64,000 nt of DNA from Pseudomonadota bacterium (GCA_018241645.1 JAFEDL010000062.1:1112-65111), one strand, 5' to 3'; counted from the stretch's first letter, positions 1-8,927 are shown. The notes: a model not told the origin generated them from the letters alone. Program-made: numbers and translations.

Positions 1-672
1 GCACGCCGCGCCTTGCGCGACGATGTCCGCGGGCGCAATGGTCGCGTCGAACGTGACGTCCGACCAGCAGGTGCCGTCGGCCAGGCTCTTGTCCTGCCGC
101 GTTGCGGCCGCGGCGGGCACGTGCACGAGCGCCGGCACGCCGCCGGCGTCGGCAAGGACGATCATGCGCGTGCTGGCCCGCGCGCCCATGACGAAACGCT
201 TGGTCCCGCGCAGGCGCAGGCCCGCGCCTTCGCGCACCAGCTGGGTGCGGATCGATCCGGCTTGCGGGAGGTCGAACGGACCTTCCTGCCAGGCAAGGCA
301 AAGGATTTCGTCGCGGCCCACGGCTTCCAGCAGGGCCGTGGCGCCCAGTTCCATCAGCAGCGCCACCGGCAGCACCACGTTCTCCACATAGGGTTCGCGC
401 GCCAGCGCGTGCCCGAGGCGCTCGGCGATCAGCGCGATGCTGCCGGGCGCGAGGCCCGATCCGCCTTGCGCCTCCGGGACCACCGCCTGGGCGAGGCCCA
501 GCCCGGCGAGCCCGCGATAGGCCGCGACATCCACGGCAGCGTCCGGGCTATTGCGCGCCTGCCTGAAGCGTGCCGGTCCCGAGGCGGACAGCAGGTAGCG
601 GTCCGCCGCGGCGATCATCGCCGCGATCTCGGGCTCGCGCGCGGTGGCGCTCGCCTCTGTCAGGGAGTACAA
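1..672 (-). CDS. acyl-CoA dehydrogenase family protein, N-terminal part (gene runs off the window start)
   Basis: My own reverse-strand translation from TTG 672 (MYSLTEASATAREPEIAAMI...AAYRGLAGLGLAQAVVPEAQGGSGL...RGTKRFVMGA) stays open to position 1. It resembles the ACAD N-terminal and middle domains. The listed + strand ORFs 13..711 and 23..391 are judged antisense artefacts. Confidence 0.6.
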   Translation of the reverse strand, partial: MYSLTEASATAREPEIAAMIAAADRYLLSASGPARFRQARNSPDAAVDVAAYRGLAGLGLAQAVVPEAQGGSGLAPGSIALIAERLGHALAREPYVENVVLPVALLMELGATALLEAVGRDEILCLAWQEGPFDLPQAGSIRTQLVREGAGLRLRGTKRFVMGARASTRMIVLADAGGVPALVHVPAAAATRQDKSLADGTCWSDVTFDATIAPADIVAQGAAC

Positions 673-682
673 GCCGCGGCCC

Positions 683-1663
683 TCATTCGGCCCGGATGCC
701 GGCTTCCCTGACCACGCGCCCGATCGCCTCGTACTGCGCGTCGACGAATTTGCGCAGCTCGTCGGCGCTGGAGGCCACCACGATCACGCCGAGCGACTGC
801 ATGCGCTTTTCGACCTCGGGGGCGCGCGAGGCCTTGACGAACTCGGCGTTGAGCTTCTGGATGATCGCGGCAGGCGTCCCGTGCGGGGCCATCACCGCGT
901 ACCAGTTGGAGGCCTCGTAGCCCGGGTAGCCCTGCTCCGCGATGGTGGCCACGTCCGGCAGCAGCGGCGAACGCATCGCGGTGGTCAGCGCGAGCGGGCG
1001 CATCTTGCCGCTGGTGATGAACGGCGTGGCGGTGGTGATCGAGTCGAAGATGAAGTCGAGGTTCCCGGCCAGCAGGTCCTGGGTGGCGGCCGAGCCTTTG
1101 TACGGCACGTGCGTCGCGCGGATCTTCGCGCTGTACAGGAACAGCTCCGTCGCCATGTGGTTGGAGGTGCCGATGCCCGGAGTCCCATAGCTGAGCTTGC
1201 CGGGGTTGGCCTTCGCCGCCGCGACCAGGTCCGCGAGCGACTTGTACGGCGACTGCGTGGGCACGATCACCACCAGCGGGACGATGCCGACCAGGCTCAC
1301 CGGGACCAGGTCCTTGTAGGCGTACGGCATCGACTTGTTGAGGTGGTGGTTGATCACCGCGGACCCGGGCGCGGCCCAGTGCAGCGAGTAGCCGTCCGGC
1401 GCGGCCTTCGCCGTCGCGTCGCCGGCGATGTTGCCGCCCGCGCCGGCCTTGTTCTCCACGATCACCGGCTGGGCGAGGCTCTTCGACGCCTCGGCCGCGA
1501 CGATGCGTGCGACCACGTCGATGCCCGTGCCCGGCGTGAAGCCCACGTACAGCCGGATCGGGTGTTTCGGGAAGTCCTGCGCGGACGGGGTGCCGGGCAG
1601 CGCCAGGGCGCATCCGGCGAGCAGCAGCGGCAACAGGCGGCGCAGCAGGGTAGGCGCGCCCAT
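683..1663 (-). CDS. Bug family tripartite tricarboxylate transporter substrate-binding protein (TctC-like)
   Basis: ORF 683..1852 trimmed to internal ATG 1663 (MGAPTLLRRLLPLLLAGCALA signal peptide). Typical Bug motifs are present: IRLYVGFTPGTG, VIVENKAGAGG, HVPYKGSA. Confidence 0.9.
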   Translation of the reverse strand: MGAPTLLRRLLPLLLAGCALALPGTPSAQDFPKHPIRLYVGFTPGTGIDVVARIVAAEASKSLAQPVIVENKAGAGGNIAGDATAKAAPDGYSLHWAAPGSAVINHHLNKSMPYAYKDLVPVSLVGIVPLVVIVPTQSPYKSLADLVAAAKANPGKLSYGTPGIGTSNHMATELFLYSAKIRATHVPYKGSAATQDLLAGNLDFIFDSITTATPFITSGKMRPLALTTAMRSPLLPDVATIAEQGYPGYEASNWYAVMAPHGTPAAIIQKLNAEFVKASRAPEVEKRMQSLGVIVVASSADELRKFVDAQYEAIGRVVREAGIRAE

Positions 1664-1665
1664 GG

Positions 1666-2013
1666 TCAGCCCGCCTTGTCGGCGGCCAGCATCCGCTTCA
1701 GCCGCTCGAGGAAGAACGGCGCGCACTTCATCATGCGGGTCTCCATCTTCATGATGAGCGGGTGGATCTTGGGCCGGTAGGACTGCCACTCCGGGTCGGC
1801 GAACAGGGCGATGCGGCAGCGCTCGCGCTGGTTGAGGTCGTCGTAGGCCCACATGTGGACCACCATGTTCTGCGGCCCGATCTCGGGGGTGTAGTAGCCG
1901 AGCATGTGCGGCTGGTGGCGCAGCTGCACCGGCATGCCGTGGGTCTCGTAGTGGTGGAAGTATTCCGGCACCTTGCCGGGATGCAGCTGGTACATGCGTT
2001 CTTCGACGTACAT
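1666..2013 (-). CDS. NIPSNAP family protein
   Basis: 115-aa ORF MYVEERMYQLHPGKVPEYFHHYETHGMPVQ...MWAYDDLNQRE, a typical NIPSNAP dimeric alpha-beta-barrel pattern. It sits tightly packed between the neighbouring genes. Confidence 0.75.
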   Translation of the reverse strand: MYVEERMYQLHPGKVPEYFHHYETHGMPVQLRHQPHMLGYYTPEIGPQNMVVHMWAYDDLNQRERCRIALFADPEWQSYRPKIHPLIMKMETRMMKCAPFFLERLKRMLAADKAG

Positions 2014-2026
2014 GGCGATCCTCCGG

Positions 2027-3016
2027 TTATTCGAGCTTGATGCCGGCTTCGGTAACGATCCGCTTCCACTTGGCGGCGTCGCGCTGCAGCGTCGCCGAGA
2101 GCTGCGCCGGCGTCATGCCCTGCGGCTCGAGGCTCATGGAGGCGATCCGGTCCTTCACGTCCGGCAGGTTCAGCGCGCGGCCGAACTCGCGCGACAGCAG
2201 CGCGACGCTGTCGGGCGCCATGCCGGCCGGGCCGATGAAGGCGTGCCAGGTCCCCGCGTCGAACCCGGGCAGGCCGGACTCGGCCACCGTCGGCAGGTCG
2301 GGCAGCACGGCCGAGCGCGCGCTGCCTGCCGTCGCGATCAGGCGCAGCTTTCCCGCCTTGGCGGGCGCGATGAACACCGAGATCGAGTTGAACATCAGGT
2401 CGACCTGGCCGGCGACCAGGTCGGCGGTGGCCGGCGCGGCGCCTTTGTAGGGGACGTGCGTCATCTTCGTGCCGGCGAGCGAGTTGAACAGCTCGCCCGT
2501 CAGGTGCGACACCGAACCGGTGCCGAACGAGGCCATGTTGAGCCCGCCGGGCTTCGCCTTCGCGAGCGCGATCAGCTCGCGCACACTGCCGGCCTTTACC
2601 GACGGATGGACCGCAAGGCCCATCGGCTCGAGCGCAATGATCCCGATCGGCGCGAAATCCTTGACCGGGTCGAAGGGCACCTTGCTGACCGCTGGATTGG
2701 CGGCGAGCGAGCTCGCGGTTGCGATCGCCAGCGTGTACCCGTCCGGCGCGGAGCGGGCGACGTAGGTCAGGCCGATCGCGCCGGTGGCCCCGGCCTTGTT
2801 GTCCACCAGCACCGGCTGCTTCACCGCGTCGGACAGTTTCTGGCCGAGCAGGCGCGCGAGGATGTCGGTGGCGCCCCCGGGCGGGAAGGGCACCACGATC
2901 GTGATCGGCTTGTCCGGGTAGTCGGCCCGCGCCGGGCCTGGCACTGCGACGGAAAAGACCGCCAGGACGGCCGCGAGGAGCGTGCCGGATCTGCCAGCTG
3001 CACGCGCGGCCATCAT
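2027..3016 (-). CDS. Bug family TctC-like substrate-binding protein
   Basis: ORF 2027..3235 trimmed to ATG 3016 (MMAARAAGRSGTLLAAVLAVFSVAVPGPARADYPDKPITIVVPFPPGG). The start overlaps the upstream gene's stop in ATGA fashion. Confidence 0.9.
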   Translation of the reverse strand: MMAARAAGRSGTLLAAVLAVFSVAVPGPARADYPDKPITIVVPFPPGGATDILARLLGQKLSDAVKQPVLVDNKAGATGAIGLTYVARSAPDGYTLAIATASSLAANPAVSKVPFDPVKDFAPIGIIALEPMGLAVHPSVKAGSVRELIALAKAKPGGLNMASFGTGSVSHLTGELFNSLAGTKMTHVPYKGAAPATADLVAGQVDLMFNSISVFIAPAKAGKLRLIATAGSARSAVLPDLPTVAESGLPGFDAGTWHAFIGPAGMAPDSVALLSREFGRALNLPDVKDRIASMSLEPQGMTPAQLSATLQRDAAKWKRIVTEAGIKLE

Positions 3017-3999
3017 TCGGCCTTGAGGTTGGCGGTCTTGATGACGCGCGTCCACTTCTCCGTTTCGGAGGCGAAGAACCTGGCGGCGTAGTCGGTGGTG
3101 CCGCCGACCGCGGACATGCCGAGGTCCTTCAGCTTGGCCTGCACTTCGGGGCTGGCGAGGACCGCGTTCAGGTCGGCATTCAGCTTCTGCACGATCGGCG
3201 CGGGCACCTTGGCCGAGGTGGCGACGGTAAACCACGCGGTCGACTCGTAGCCCGGCACGCCGGACTCGGCGATCGTCGGCACGTTGGGCAGCGCAGGCGC
3301 GCGGGTCTTGCTCGTCACCCCGAGCGGCCGCAACCGGCCCGAATTGATCTGCGGGAGGATCGTCGGCAGCTGCTCGAACATCGCCTGCGTCTGGCCGCCC
3401 ATCACGTCCTGCACCGCCGGCATGCTGCCCTTGTAGGGGATGTGGGTGAGCTTGACTTGCGCCATCAGCTGGAAGAGCTCGCCGGTCATGTGCGTGGAGG
3501 AGCCCGAGCCGGCCGAGCCGAAATTGATCTCGCCGGGCTTCGCCTTGGCCAGCGCGATGAACTCCTGCACGGTCTTCGCCGGGAAGGAGGGGTTCACAAC
3601 AAGCGCAAGCGGCAGGTCGACCGCAATGAGCACCGGCTGCAGGTCCTTGGCCGGGTCGTACGGGAGTTTCGGGTACAGCGCGTGGGCCGCGTGGATGCCG
3701 ATCGTTCCGAGCAGCAGCGTGTGCCCGTCGGGCGCGGCCTTGGCGACGTACTCCGCGCCCAGGTGCGCGCCGGCGCCGGGCTTGTTCTCCACGATGACCG
3801 GCTGGCTGTAGCGCGGCGCGAGGTACTGCGCAAGCAGCCGGGCGAGGATCGAGGTCGAGCCCGCCGGCGTGAACGGCACGACCATGTGGACCGGCTTGTC
3901 GGGAAAGGCCTGCGGCGCTGCGGCACCGGAAAAGGCCAGGATGCAGGCCGCGAGGCCTGCCTTGAGGACGGTGAGGCGGCCGGGCTTGCGTGGCGGCAT
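3013..3999 (-). CDS. Bug family TctC-like substrate-binding protein
   Basis: ORF 3013..4026. ATG 3999 is preferred because AAGGAG lies 9 nt upstream. MPPRKPGRLTVLKAGLAACILAF signal peptide; VHMVVPFTPAGS, VIVENKPGAG and HIPYKGS motifs. Confidence 0.9.
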   Translation of the reverse strand: MPPRKPGRLTVLKAGLAACILAFSGAAAPQAFPDKPVHMVVPFTPAGSTSILARLLAQYLAPRYSQPVIVENKPGAGAHLGAEYVAKAAPDGHTLLLGTIGIHAAHALYPKLPYDPAKDLQPVLIAVDLPLALVVNPSFPAKTVQEFIALAKAKPGEINFGSAGSGSSTHMTGELFQLMAQVKLTHIPYKGSMPAVQDVMGGQTQAMFEQLPTILPQINSGRLRPLGVTSKTRAPALPNVPTIAESGVPGYESTAWFTVATSAKVPAPIVQKLNADLNAVLASPEVQAKLKDLGMSAVGGTTDYAARFFASETEKWTRVIKTANLKAE

Positions 4000-4033
4000 G
4001 GCGGTGGCTCCTTGGTGGTGGGGCACTAAGGGT

Positions 4034-4070
4034 GTATCAGAATTCGATACAGGCTATTGCTATCTGTATC
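4034..4070. promoter_or_regulatory. operator-like cluster of GTATC/GATAC half-sites upstream of the TctC gene at 3999
   Basis: GTATC(4034)-N7-GATAC(4046), and GATACAG(4046)-N11-CTGTATC(4064) as a perfect 7-bp inverted repeat. They lie in an unusually AT-rich 60-bp stretch between hyi and the TctC start. Confidence 0.4.
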
Positions 4071-4115
4071 TTATTTGCAGCTCCCGCCCGCCGTCAACCG
4101 CGCGTCAGCCCTGTT

Positions 4116-4907
4116 TCACCCGATGGACGGGTCCCACTTCCTCATCCACGCGAAGCTCTGGTTCGTGGTGGCGGTGGACGGCTCGTAGTCGCAGCCGATC
4201 CAGCCCTGGTACCCGGCCTTCTCGATGACGCCGAGCACATGGTCGTAGTTGATCTCGCCGGTGCCCGGCTCGGCGCGGCTGGGCACGTCGGCCACCTGCA
4301 TGTGCCAGATCTGCGGCATGTACTTGCGGATCGTGTTCGTCAGGTCGCCTTCCATCAGCTGCGCCTGGTACACGTCGTATTCGATGCCGAGGTTGTCGGC
4401 GCCCACGTCGCGGATGATCGCGGCCGCCTGGTCGGTGCGCGTCAGGAACACGCCGGGCGAGTTGTAGGTGTTGACCGGCTCGATCACCAGGCGGATGCCG
4501 TGCTTCTTCAGTTCGGCAGCCGCGTACCTGAGGTTGTTCACGAAGGTTTGCCGCACCAGCTGCGGGTCGGCGTCCTTGGGCGGGATCCCGCCCAGCAGGT
4601 TGATGCGCCTGCAGTCGAGCGCCAGCGCATAGTCGATGGTGGTGGCGATCCCTTCGCGCAGCTCCGCCTCGCGGCCCGGCAGGCAGCCGATGCCGCGCTC
4701 GCCGCCGGCCCAGTCGCCGGCCGGCGCATTGAACAGCGCCGCCTCCATCCCGCTGTCCTTCAGCGCGGCCACCACGTCGGCCTTGCTGTAGGCGAAGGGG
4801 TCCTTGAATTCGCAGCCCTTGAAGCCGGCCTGCGCGGCGAGGCCGAATCTTTCAAGGAAGCCGACCTCGTTGTAGAGCATCGTGAGGTTGGCGGAAAATT
4901 TCAGCAT
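4116..4907 (-). CDS. hyi: hydroxypyruvate isomerase family protein (xylose-isomerase-like TIM barrel)
   Basis: ORF 4116..5138 trimmed to ATG 4907. MLKFSANLTMLYNEVGFLERFGLAAQAGFKGCEF...IGCDYEP is colinear with Hyi/OtnI-type isomerases. Confidence 0.8.
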   Translation of the reverse strand: MLKFSANLTMLYNEVGFLERFGLAAQAGFKGCEFKDPFAYSKADVVAALKDSGMEAALFNAPAGDWAGGERGIGCLPGREAELREGIATTIDYALALDCRRINLLGGIPPKDADPQLVRQTFVNNLRYAAAELKKHGIRLVIEPVNTYNSPGVFLTRTDQAAAIIRDVGADNLGIEYDVYQAQLMEGDLTNTIRKYMPQIWHMQVADVPSRAEPGTGEINYDHVLGVIEKAGYQGWIGCDYEPSTATTNQSFAWMRKWDPSIG

Positions 4908-4936
4908 GGACTGCTCCTTTGCGTATCCGGTGTGCT

Positions 4937-5740
4937 TCAGCCCGCCCTGAGCCTGAGCCCGCGGTGCAGCTGCCCGGCCGCGTTCAGCAGTCGCGGCAGC
5001 ATCGTCTCGACGGCGATGTCCTTCGTCATGCGCAGCGAGTTCACGCTGATGTTCAGCGCCGCGCAGGTGCGGCCTTCGTGGTCGGTCACCGGCACCGACA
5101 ATCCGCAGATGTGCTCCTCGAGCTCGCCCTGGATCCACGACCAGCCCTGCTCGCGGTCCGCGGCAATCACGCGCCGCAGCTCCTGCGGGTCGGTGACGGT
5201 GCGTTCGGTGTATTTATGAACCCTGGCGCGCTCGAAGTAGTCGTCGAGTTCGCGCTCCGAGAGCCCGCCGAGCAGCACGCGCCCCATCGAAGTGACATAG
5301 GCAGGCAGGCGCGTGCCGACGACCGAGCCGCCGCTGACCACCGCGCGCACGGAGTTGCGGATCACGTAGACGATCTCGGTGCCGTCCAGCACCGCCAGCG
5401 TGCAGGTCTCCTGCACGTCGCCCACCAGCTGCTCGAGGATGGGCTGGGCATAGCCCCAGAACGGCGAGGACGAGGTGTACGCGTATCCCAGCCGAAGGAT
5501 CTTCGGCGTGAGGAAGAACAGGCGCTCCTTGCGCGCGACGAACCCCAGCTGCTCGAGCGTGAACAGCAGGCGCCGCGCGCCTGCGCGGGTGAGCCCGGCG
5601 CGTTGCGCGACCTGGGTGAGCGTCATGCGCTCGTGCCCCTCGCCGAACGCCATGATCACCAGCAGGCCGCGCGCGAAGGCCTCGACGAACTGGCCGCCGG
5701 ACTCGCGCGCGGTGATCGGGAATTCGGGATGCGGGTTCAT
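4937..5740 (-). CDS. IclR family transcriptional regulator (PcaR/PobR-like)
   Basis: ORF 4937..6430 trimmed to ATG 5740. FVEAFARGLLVIMAFGEGHERMTLTQVAQRAGLTRAGARRLLFTLEQLGFV is the IclR wHTH, followed by an effector domain. Confidence 0.88.
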   Translation of the reverse strand: MNPHPEFPITARESGGQFVEAFARGLLVIMAFGEGHERMTLTQVAQRAGLTRAGARRLLFTLEQLGFVARKERLFFLTPKILRLGYAYTSSSPFWGYAQPILEQLVGDVQETCTLAVLDGTEIVYVIRNSVRAVVSGGSVVGTRLPAYVTSMGRVLLGGLSERELDDYFERARVHKYTERTVTDPQELRRVIAADREQGWSWIQGELEEHICGLSVPVTDHEGRTCAALNISVNSLRMTKDIAVETMLPRLLNAAGQLHRGLRLRAG

Positions 5741-5760
5741 CGCGCTGGCGGGCCGCCGTC

Positions 5761-6723
5761 CTAGTCGGCCCTGGCGCCCGAAGCGACCACGACCTTGCGC
5801 CACTTCTGCGACTCGGCGGCGATGTAGGCTCCGAATTGCTCGGGGGTGTCGCCGGAGATCGCGAGACCCTGCGACTCGAGCCGTTGCGCATTCTGCGGGT
5901 CGCGCAGAGCTTTCACGAACTCGGCGTTCAGGCGGTCGATGGCGGGCTTCGGCGTGCCGGCCGGCGCGACCACGCCGAACCACGCGGTGGCCTCGTAGCC
6001 GGGCACGCCGGCCTCGTCCATGGTCGGCACGTCGGGCGCAAGGGCGTTGCGCTTGAGGCTCGTCACCGCAAGGCCCTTGAGCTGCCCGCTCTTCGCGCGC
6101 GGCAGCGCGGTGGGCAGGTTGTCGAACATCATCTGCACCGTGCCCGCGAGCAGGTCCTGCAGGGCCGGCGCGCTGCCCTTGTACGGCACATGCGTGGCCT
6201 GCACGCCGACCGCCATCTTGAACATCTCGCCGCACAGGTGCCCGGTCGTGCCGGTGCCCATCGATGCGAAGTTGATCGAGTTCGGCTTGGCCCTGGCCAG
6301 CGCCACCAGTTCCCTGAGGTTCGACACTGGGACCGAAGGGTGCACGAGCAGCATGTTCGGCACCGAGCCCATGTTGGCGACAGGGACGATGTCTTTTTCG
6401 GCATCGAAACCCATGTCCTTGAAGATCCACCGGTTGATCGCGAACACGCCCACCGAGGCCATCAGCAGCGTGTGGCCGTCCGGCTTCGACTTGGCCACCA
6501 GCGCGGCGCCGAGGTTGCCGCCCGCGCCGGGCTTGTTCTCCACGACCACCGGCTGGCCGAAGGCGTCGGACAGCCGGGGCGCAAGCGTGCGCGCGATGAT
6601 GTCGTTGGTGCCGCCGGGCAGGTAGGGCACCACGATCGTGACCTGGCGCGAAGGAAAGGCCTGCGCCTGCGCGAGGGCGGGCAGGGCAAGCAGTGCTGCG
6701 GCAATTGCACGTACGAGTCTCAT
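5761..6723 (-). CDS. Bug family TctC-like substrate-binding protein
   Basis: 320-aa ORF with signal peptide MRLVRAIAAALLALPALAQA. Motifs VTIVVPYLPGGTND, VVVENKPGAGG, HVPYKGSA. Confidence 0.92.
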   Translation of the reverse strand: MRLVRAIAAALLALPALAQAQAFPSRQVTIVVPYLPGGTNDIIARTLAPRLSDAFGQPVVVENKPGAGGNLGAALVAKSKPDGHTLLMASVGVFAINRWIFKDMGFDAEKDIVPVANMGSVPNMLLVHPSVPVSNLRELVALARAKPNSINFASMGTGTTGHLCGEMFKMAVGVQATHVPYKGSAPALQDLLAGTVQMMFDNLPTALPRAKSGQLKGLAVTSLKRNALAPDVPTMDEAGVPGYEATAWFGVVAPAGTPKPAIDRLNAEFVKALRDPQNAQRLESQGLAISGDTPEQFGAYIAAESQKWRKVVVASGARAD

Positions 6724-6763
6724 CGCAAATTCCCCTGGGGTGGTGGTCTGGAGTGGCGCGGCC

Positions 6764-8503
6764 TCAGCTCGTCCGGGCGTAATTCACCTCGGTGCAGACG
6801 TTGAGGACGGCCTGGCGCTTTTCGTTCTTCACCGCGTTCAGCGCGCGCTTCAGCGCCGGCAGCATTTCGTTCGGGTCTTCCACCCGTTCGCCGTACCCGC
6901 CGCTGGCGCGCACGATCTCCTCGAAGCGCGGCGAGGGCTCGAGCACCGAGAACGGGGGCTTCTCCGCGGCGGCCGCGTGCCCCTTGGGATACATGCCGAG
7001 CGTGGCGCGGTGCACCGCTCCCCAGCGCGCGTTGTTGTTGATCACGTACAGCACCGGCAGGCCGTGCGCCTCGCCGACGAAATGCGTGGGCGTGGGGTTG
7101 CCGAACATGTAGGCGCCGTCGCCGATCGCGCAGATCACCGTGGCGTCGGGCCGGCCGAGCTTGGCCCCCAGCGCCGCGCCCATGCCCCAGCCCAGGCCAC
7201 CCGAGGGCGGGTGCGAGAAGTAGCGCCCGGGCTCGTTGATGGTGAGTTCTTCCAGCACCAGCGGGTATTCGTTGACGAGGATCGTATTCTCGTCGGCGAC
7301 CTGGTTGATGCAGTGGGTCATCCATTTGGTGGAGATGGCGCCGGAGGTCTGCCTGGCACCCGCGCCCATGCGCATGCGCAGGCGGAAGTCGGCGGACTGC
7401 TGCGAGACGGCGGCGCGGCGCGCGGCGATCGTGGTGGCCGAGCCCGCGTGCGCCTCGGTGCGCTCGCTCAGGCGGTCGAGCGTGGGCGCGAGGCTGCCGG
7501 CCAGCGCGATGTCGGTGCGAAAGCCCCGCACCGGGTAGCGCGCGAACAGCGGGTCGGTGCCGAAATGCACGATCTTGCACTCCGGGTTGAGCTTCGCCGT
7601 ATCGGGGATCCAGGGCACGTCGCTGTCCACGACGAGGATCAGGTCCGCGCCGGGGATCATGCCGTGCGGGTCGAACCCGCAGTTCATCGGGTGCTCAGTG
7701 GGCAGCGCCATGTAGCGCGGCCGGTACTGGATCACGGGAAGCGCGAAGGTCTCGGCCAGGCGGGTCAACGCCTGCGCCGACTCGACGGTGCGCCCGCCGT
7801 TCGAGGTGATGATCAGCGGGTTCTTCGCGGCGCCGAGGAGCTTTGCCACCTCCTCCAGGGTGTCCGGGTCGGCGGCGGGCGGGCTGATCGGGGCGATGGT
7901 GGTGCGCTTGCCGATCTGCGTGCCGCCCATCGCGGAGGCGAGCACTTCGCGCGGCAGCGTCAGGTACACGGGTCCGCAGGGCTCGCTCTTGGCGATGGCC
8001 AGGGCCCGGTCAACGACCGTCTCGACCTGCGAGGCGTGGCGCAGCTCGTAGTCCCACTTCACGAACTCGCGCAGCATGCCGCCTTGGTCGAACTGCTCCT
8101 GCGCCCAGTTGATGTAGTTGTTGCGCGAACCGAGCTGGCCGCCCTCGGTCAGAGGCGTGCGGCCGGCGGTGAACAGGACCGGGATGTTCTGCCGGGCGGC
8201 GTTGAAGATCCCGTTGATGGAATTCGCCGTACCGAGACCTACGTGGACCATCATGGCCTGGGGCCGGCCGGTCACCATGTAGTAGCCGTGCGCCATCGCC
8301 ACGCCCACGTTTTCGTGCGGCACGATGATCGGCTCCGGCATCTGCCAGCCCAGCGACCGGCCTTTGGCGAGCGCTTCGACCAGGGGCGGGAAATCGGTGC
8401 CGGAGTTGCCGAAGAGGTAGTCGACGTCGCGGGAGGCGAGCAGGGCCAGGTAGGCCTCCGCAACGGTTTCCGGCTTGAATTCAACGGGCTGTCCGGTTTT
8501 CAT
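6764..8503 (-). CDS. thiamine pyrophosphate-dependent enzyme (acetolactate synthase/benzoylformate decarboxylase superfamily)
   Basis: 579 aa. N-terminal Pyr domain (YLFGNSGTDFPPLVEAL, VPHENVGVAMAHGY) and C-terminal PP domain (GGLGWGMGAALGAKLG...VICAIGDGAYMFGNP, a GDG-X-N motif). The N-terminus does not match glyoxylate carboligase. Confidence 0.85.
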   Translation of the reverse strand: MKTGQPVEFKPETVAEAYLALLASRDVDYLFGNSGTDFPPLVEALAKGRSLGWQMPEPIIVPHENVGVAMAHGYYMVTGRPQAMMVHVGLGTANSINGIFNAARQNIPVLFTAGRTPLTEGGQLGSRNNYINWAQEQFDQGGMLREFVKWDYELRHASQVETVVDRALAIAKSEPCGPVYLTLPREVLASAMGGTQIGKRTTIAPISPPAADPDTLEEVAKLLGAAKNPLIITSNGGRTVESAQALTRLAETFALPVIQYRPRYMALPTEHPMNCGFDPHGMIPGADLILVVDSDVPWIPDTAKLNPECKIVHFGTDPLFARYPVRGFRTDIALAGSLAPTLDRLSERTEAHAGSATTIAARRAAVSQQSADFRLRMRMGAGARQTSGAISTKWMTHCINQVADENTILVNEYPLVLEELTINEPGRYFSHPPSGGLGWGMGAALGAKLGRPDATVICAIGDGAYMFGNPTPTHFVGEAHGLPVLYVINNNARWGAVHRATLGMYPKGHAAAAEKPPFSVLEPSPRFEEIVRASGGYGERVEDPNEMLPALKRALNAVKNEKRQAVLNVCTEVNYARTS

Positions 8504-8535
8504 GGGATCTCCTCAAGGCCCGGATCGGGCTGAAA

Positions 8536-8550
8536 GTTCTTATAAAGAAC
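8536..8550. promoter_or_regulatory. perfect palindrome GTTCTT-ATA-AAGAAC in the divergent promoter region
   Basis: Read directly from the sequence. It lies 33 nt upstream of the TPP-enzyme start, in AT-rich DNA. Candidate regulator (IclR?) site. Confidence 0.35.
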
Positions 8551-8634
8551 AGATGTTTTCGTATTGAACCGATCGTACGCCGCCGCTCTAGGGCGTCAAG
8601 CCACTGTTCCGCAATCCACGACTGCAATATGGAT

Positions 8635-8662
8635 TTGTCAAAATAATTTTGTCATGTAGAAT
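8635..8662 (+). promoter_or_regulatory. sigma70-type promoter TTGTCA-N16-TAGAAT positioned for a leaderless transcript starting at ATG 8670
   Basis: -35 TTGTCA at 8635-8640, a 16-nt spacer, and -10 TAGAAT at 8657-8662. ATG 8670 follows 7 nt after the -10, with no purine-rich SD between them (CCTCCCC). Confidence 0.55.
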
Positions 8663-8669
8663 CCTCCCC

Positions 8670-8927
8670 ATGAATTGCGCGGCACGACTTGTGGAGATCT
8701 TCGGGAGCCAGGCGGAAGTCGCCCGGGCCTTCCAGCTGGACCGCGCAGTCGTCAACAACTGGGTGAAGACCGGATATGTGCCCGCACGCTGGGCCATGGA
8801 AGTCGAGCAGCTCACCGGCGGGCAGGTCCTCGCCGTCGACGTGCTGAACGATGCGGCCGCCAGGAAGCCCGTCCGAGTGAAGTCCAGGCCCGACGATTTC
8901 GTCGGCGCCGTCCATGGGAGTGATGCC
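8670..8927 (+). other. Cro/YdaS-type HTH module plus linker, in frame with and lacking a stop before the downstream aminotransferase
   Basis: MNCAARLVEIFGSQAEVARAFQLDRAVVNNWVKTGYVPARWAMEVEQLTGGQVLAVDVL matches the YdaS/Cro HTH pattern (G-Q-x-x-A-x-A-x-x-V-x-x-x-x-V-x-x-W...P). There is no stop codon until 10166. Confidence 0.6.

Noticed and set aside
13-711. + strand ORFs at the window start (13..711, 23..391).
   Set aside because: The opposite strand translates into an uninterrupted acyl-CoA-dehydrogenase-like sequence with proper operon spacing to the TctC gene. The + strand products are Arg/Gly-rich nonsense.
6764-8503. The TPP enzyme near hyi as glyoxylate carboligase (a gcl-hyi operon).
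   Set aside because: The N-terminal sequence does not resemble Gcl, and the genes are separated by an IclR regulator gene and a TctC gene. Kept as a generic TPP enzyme.
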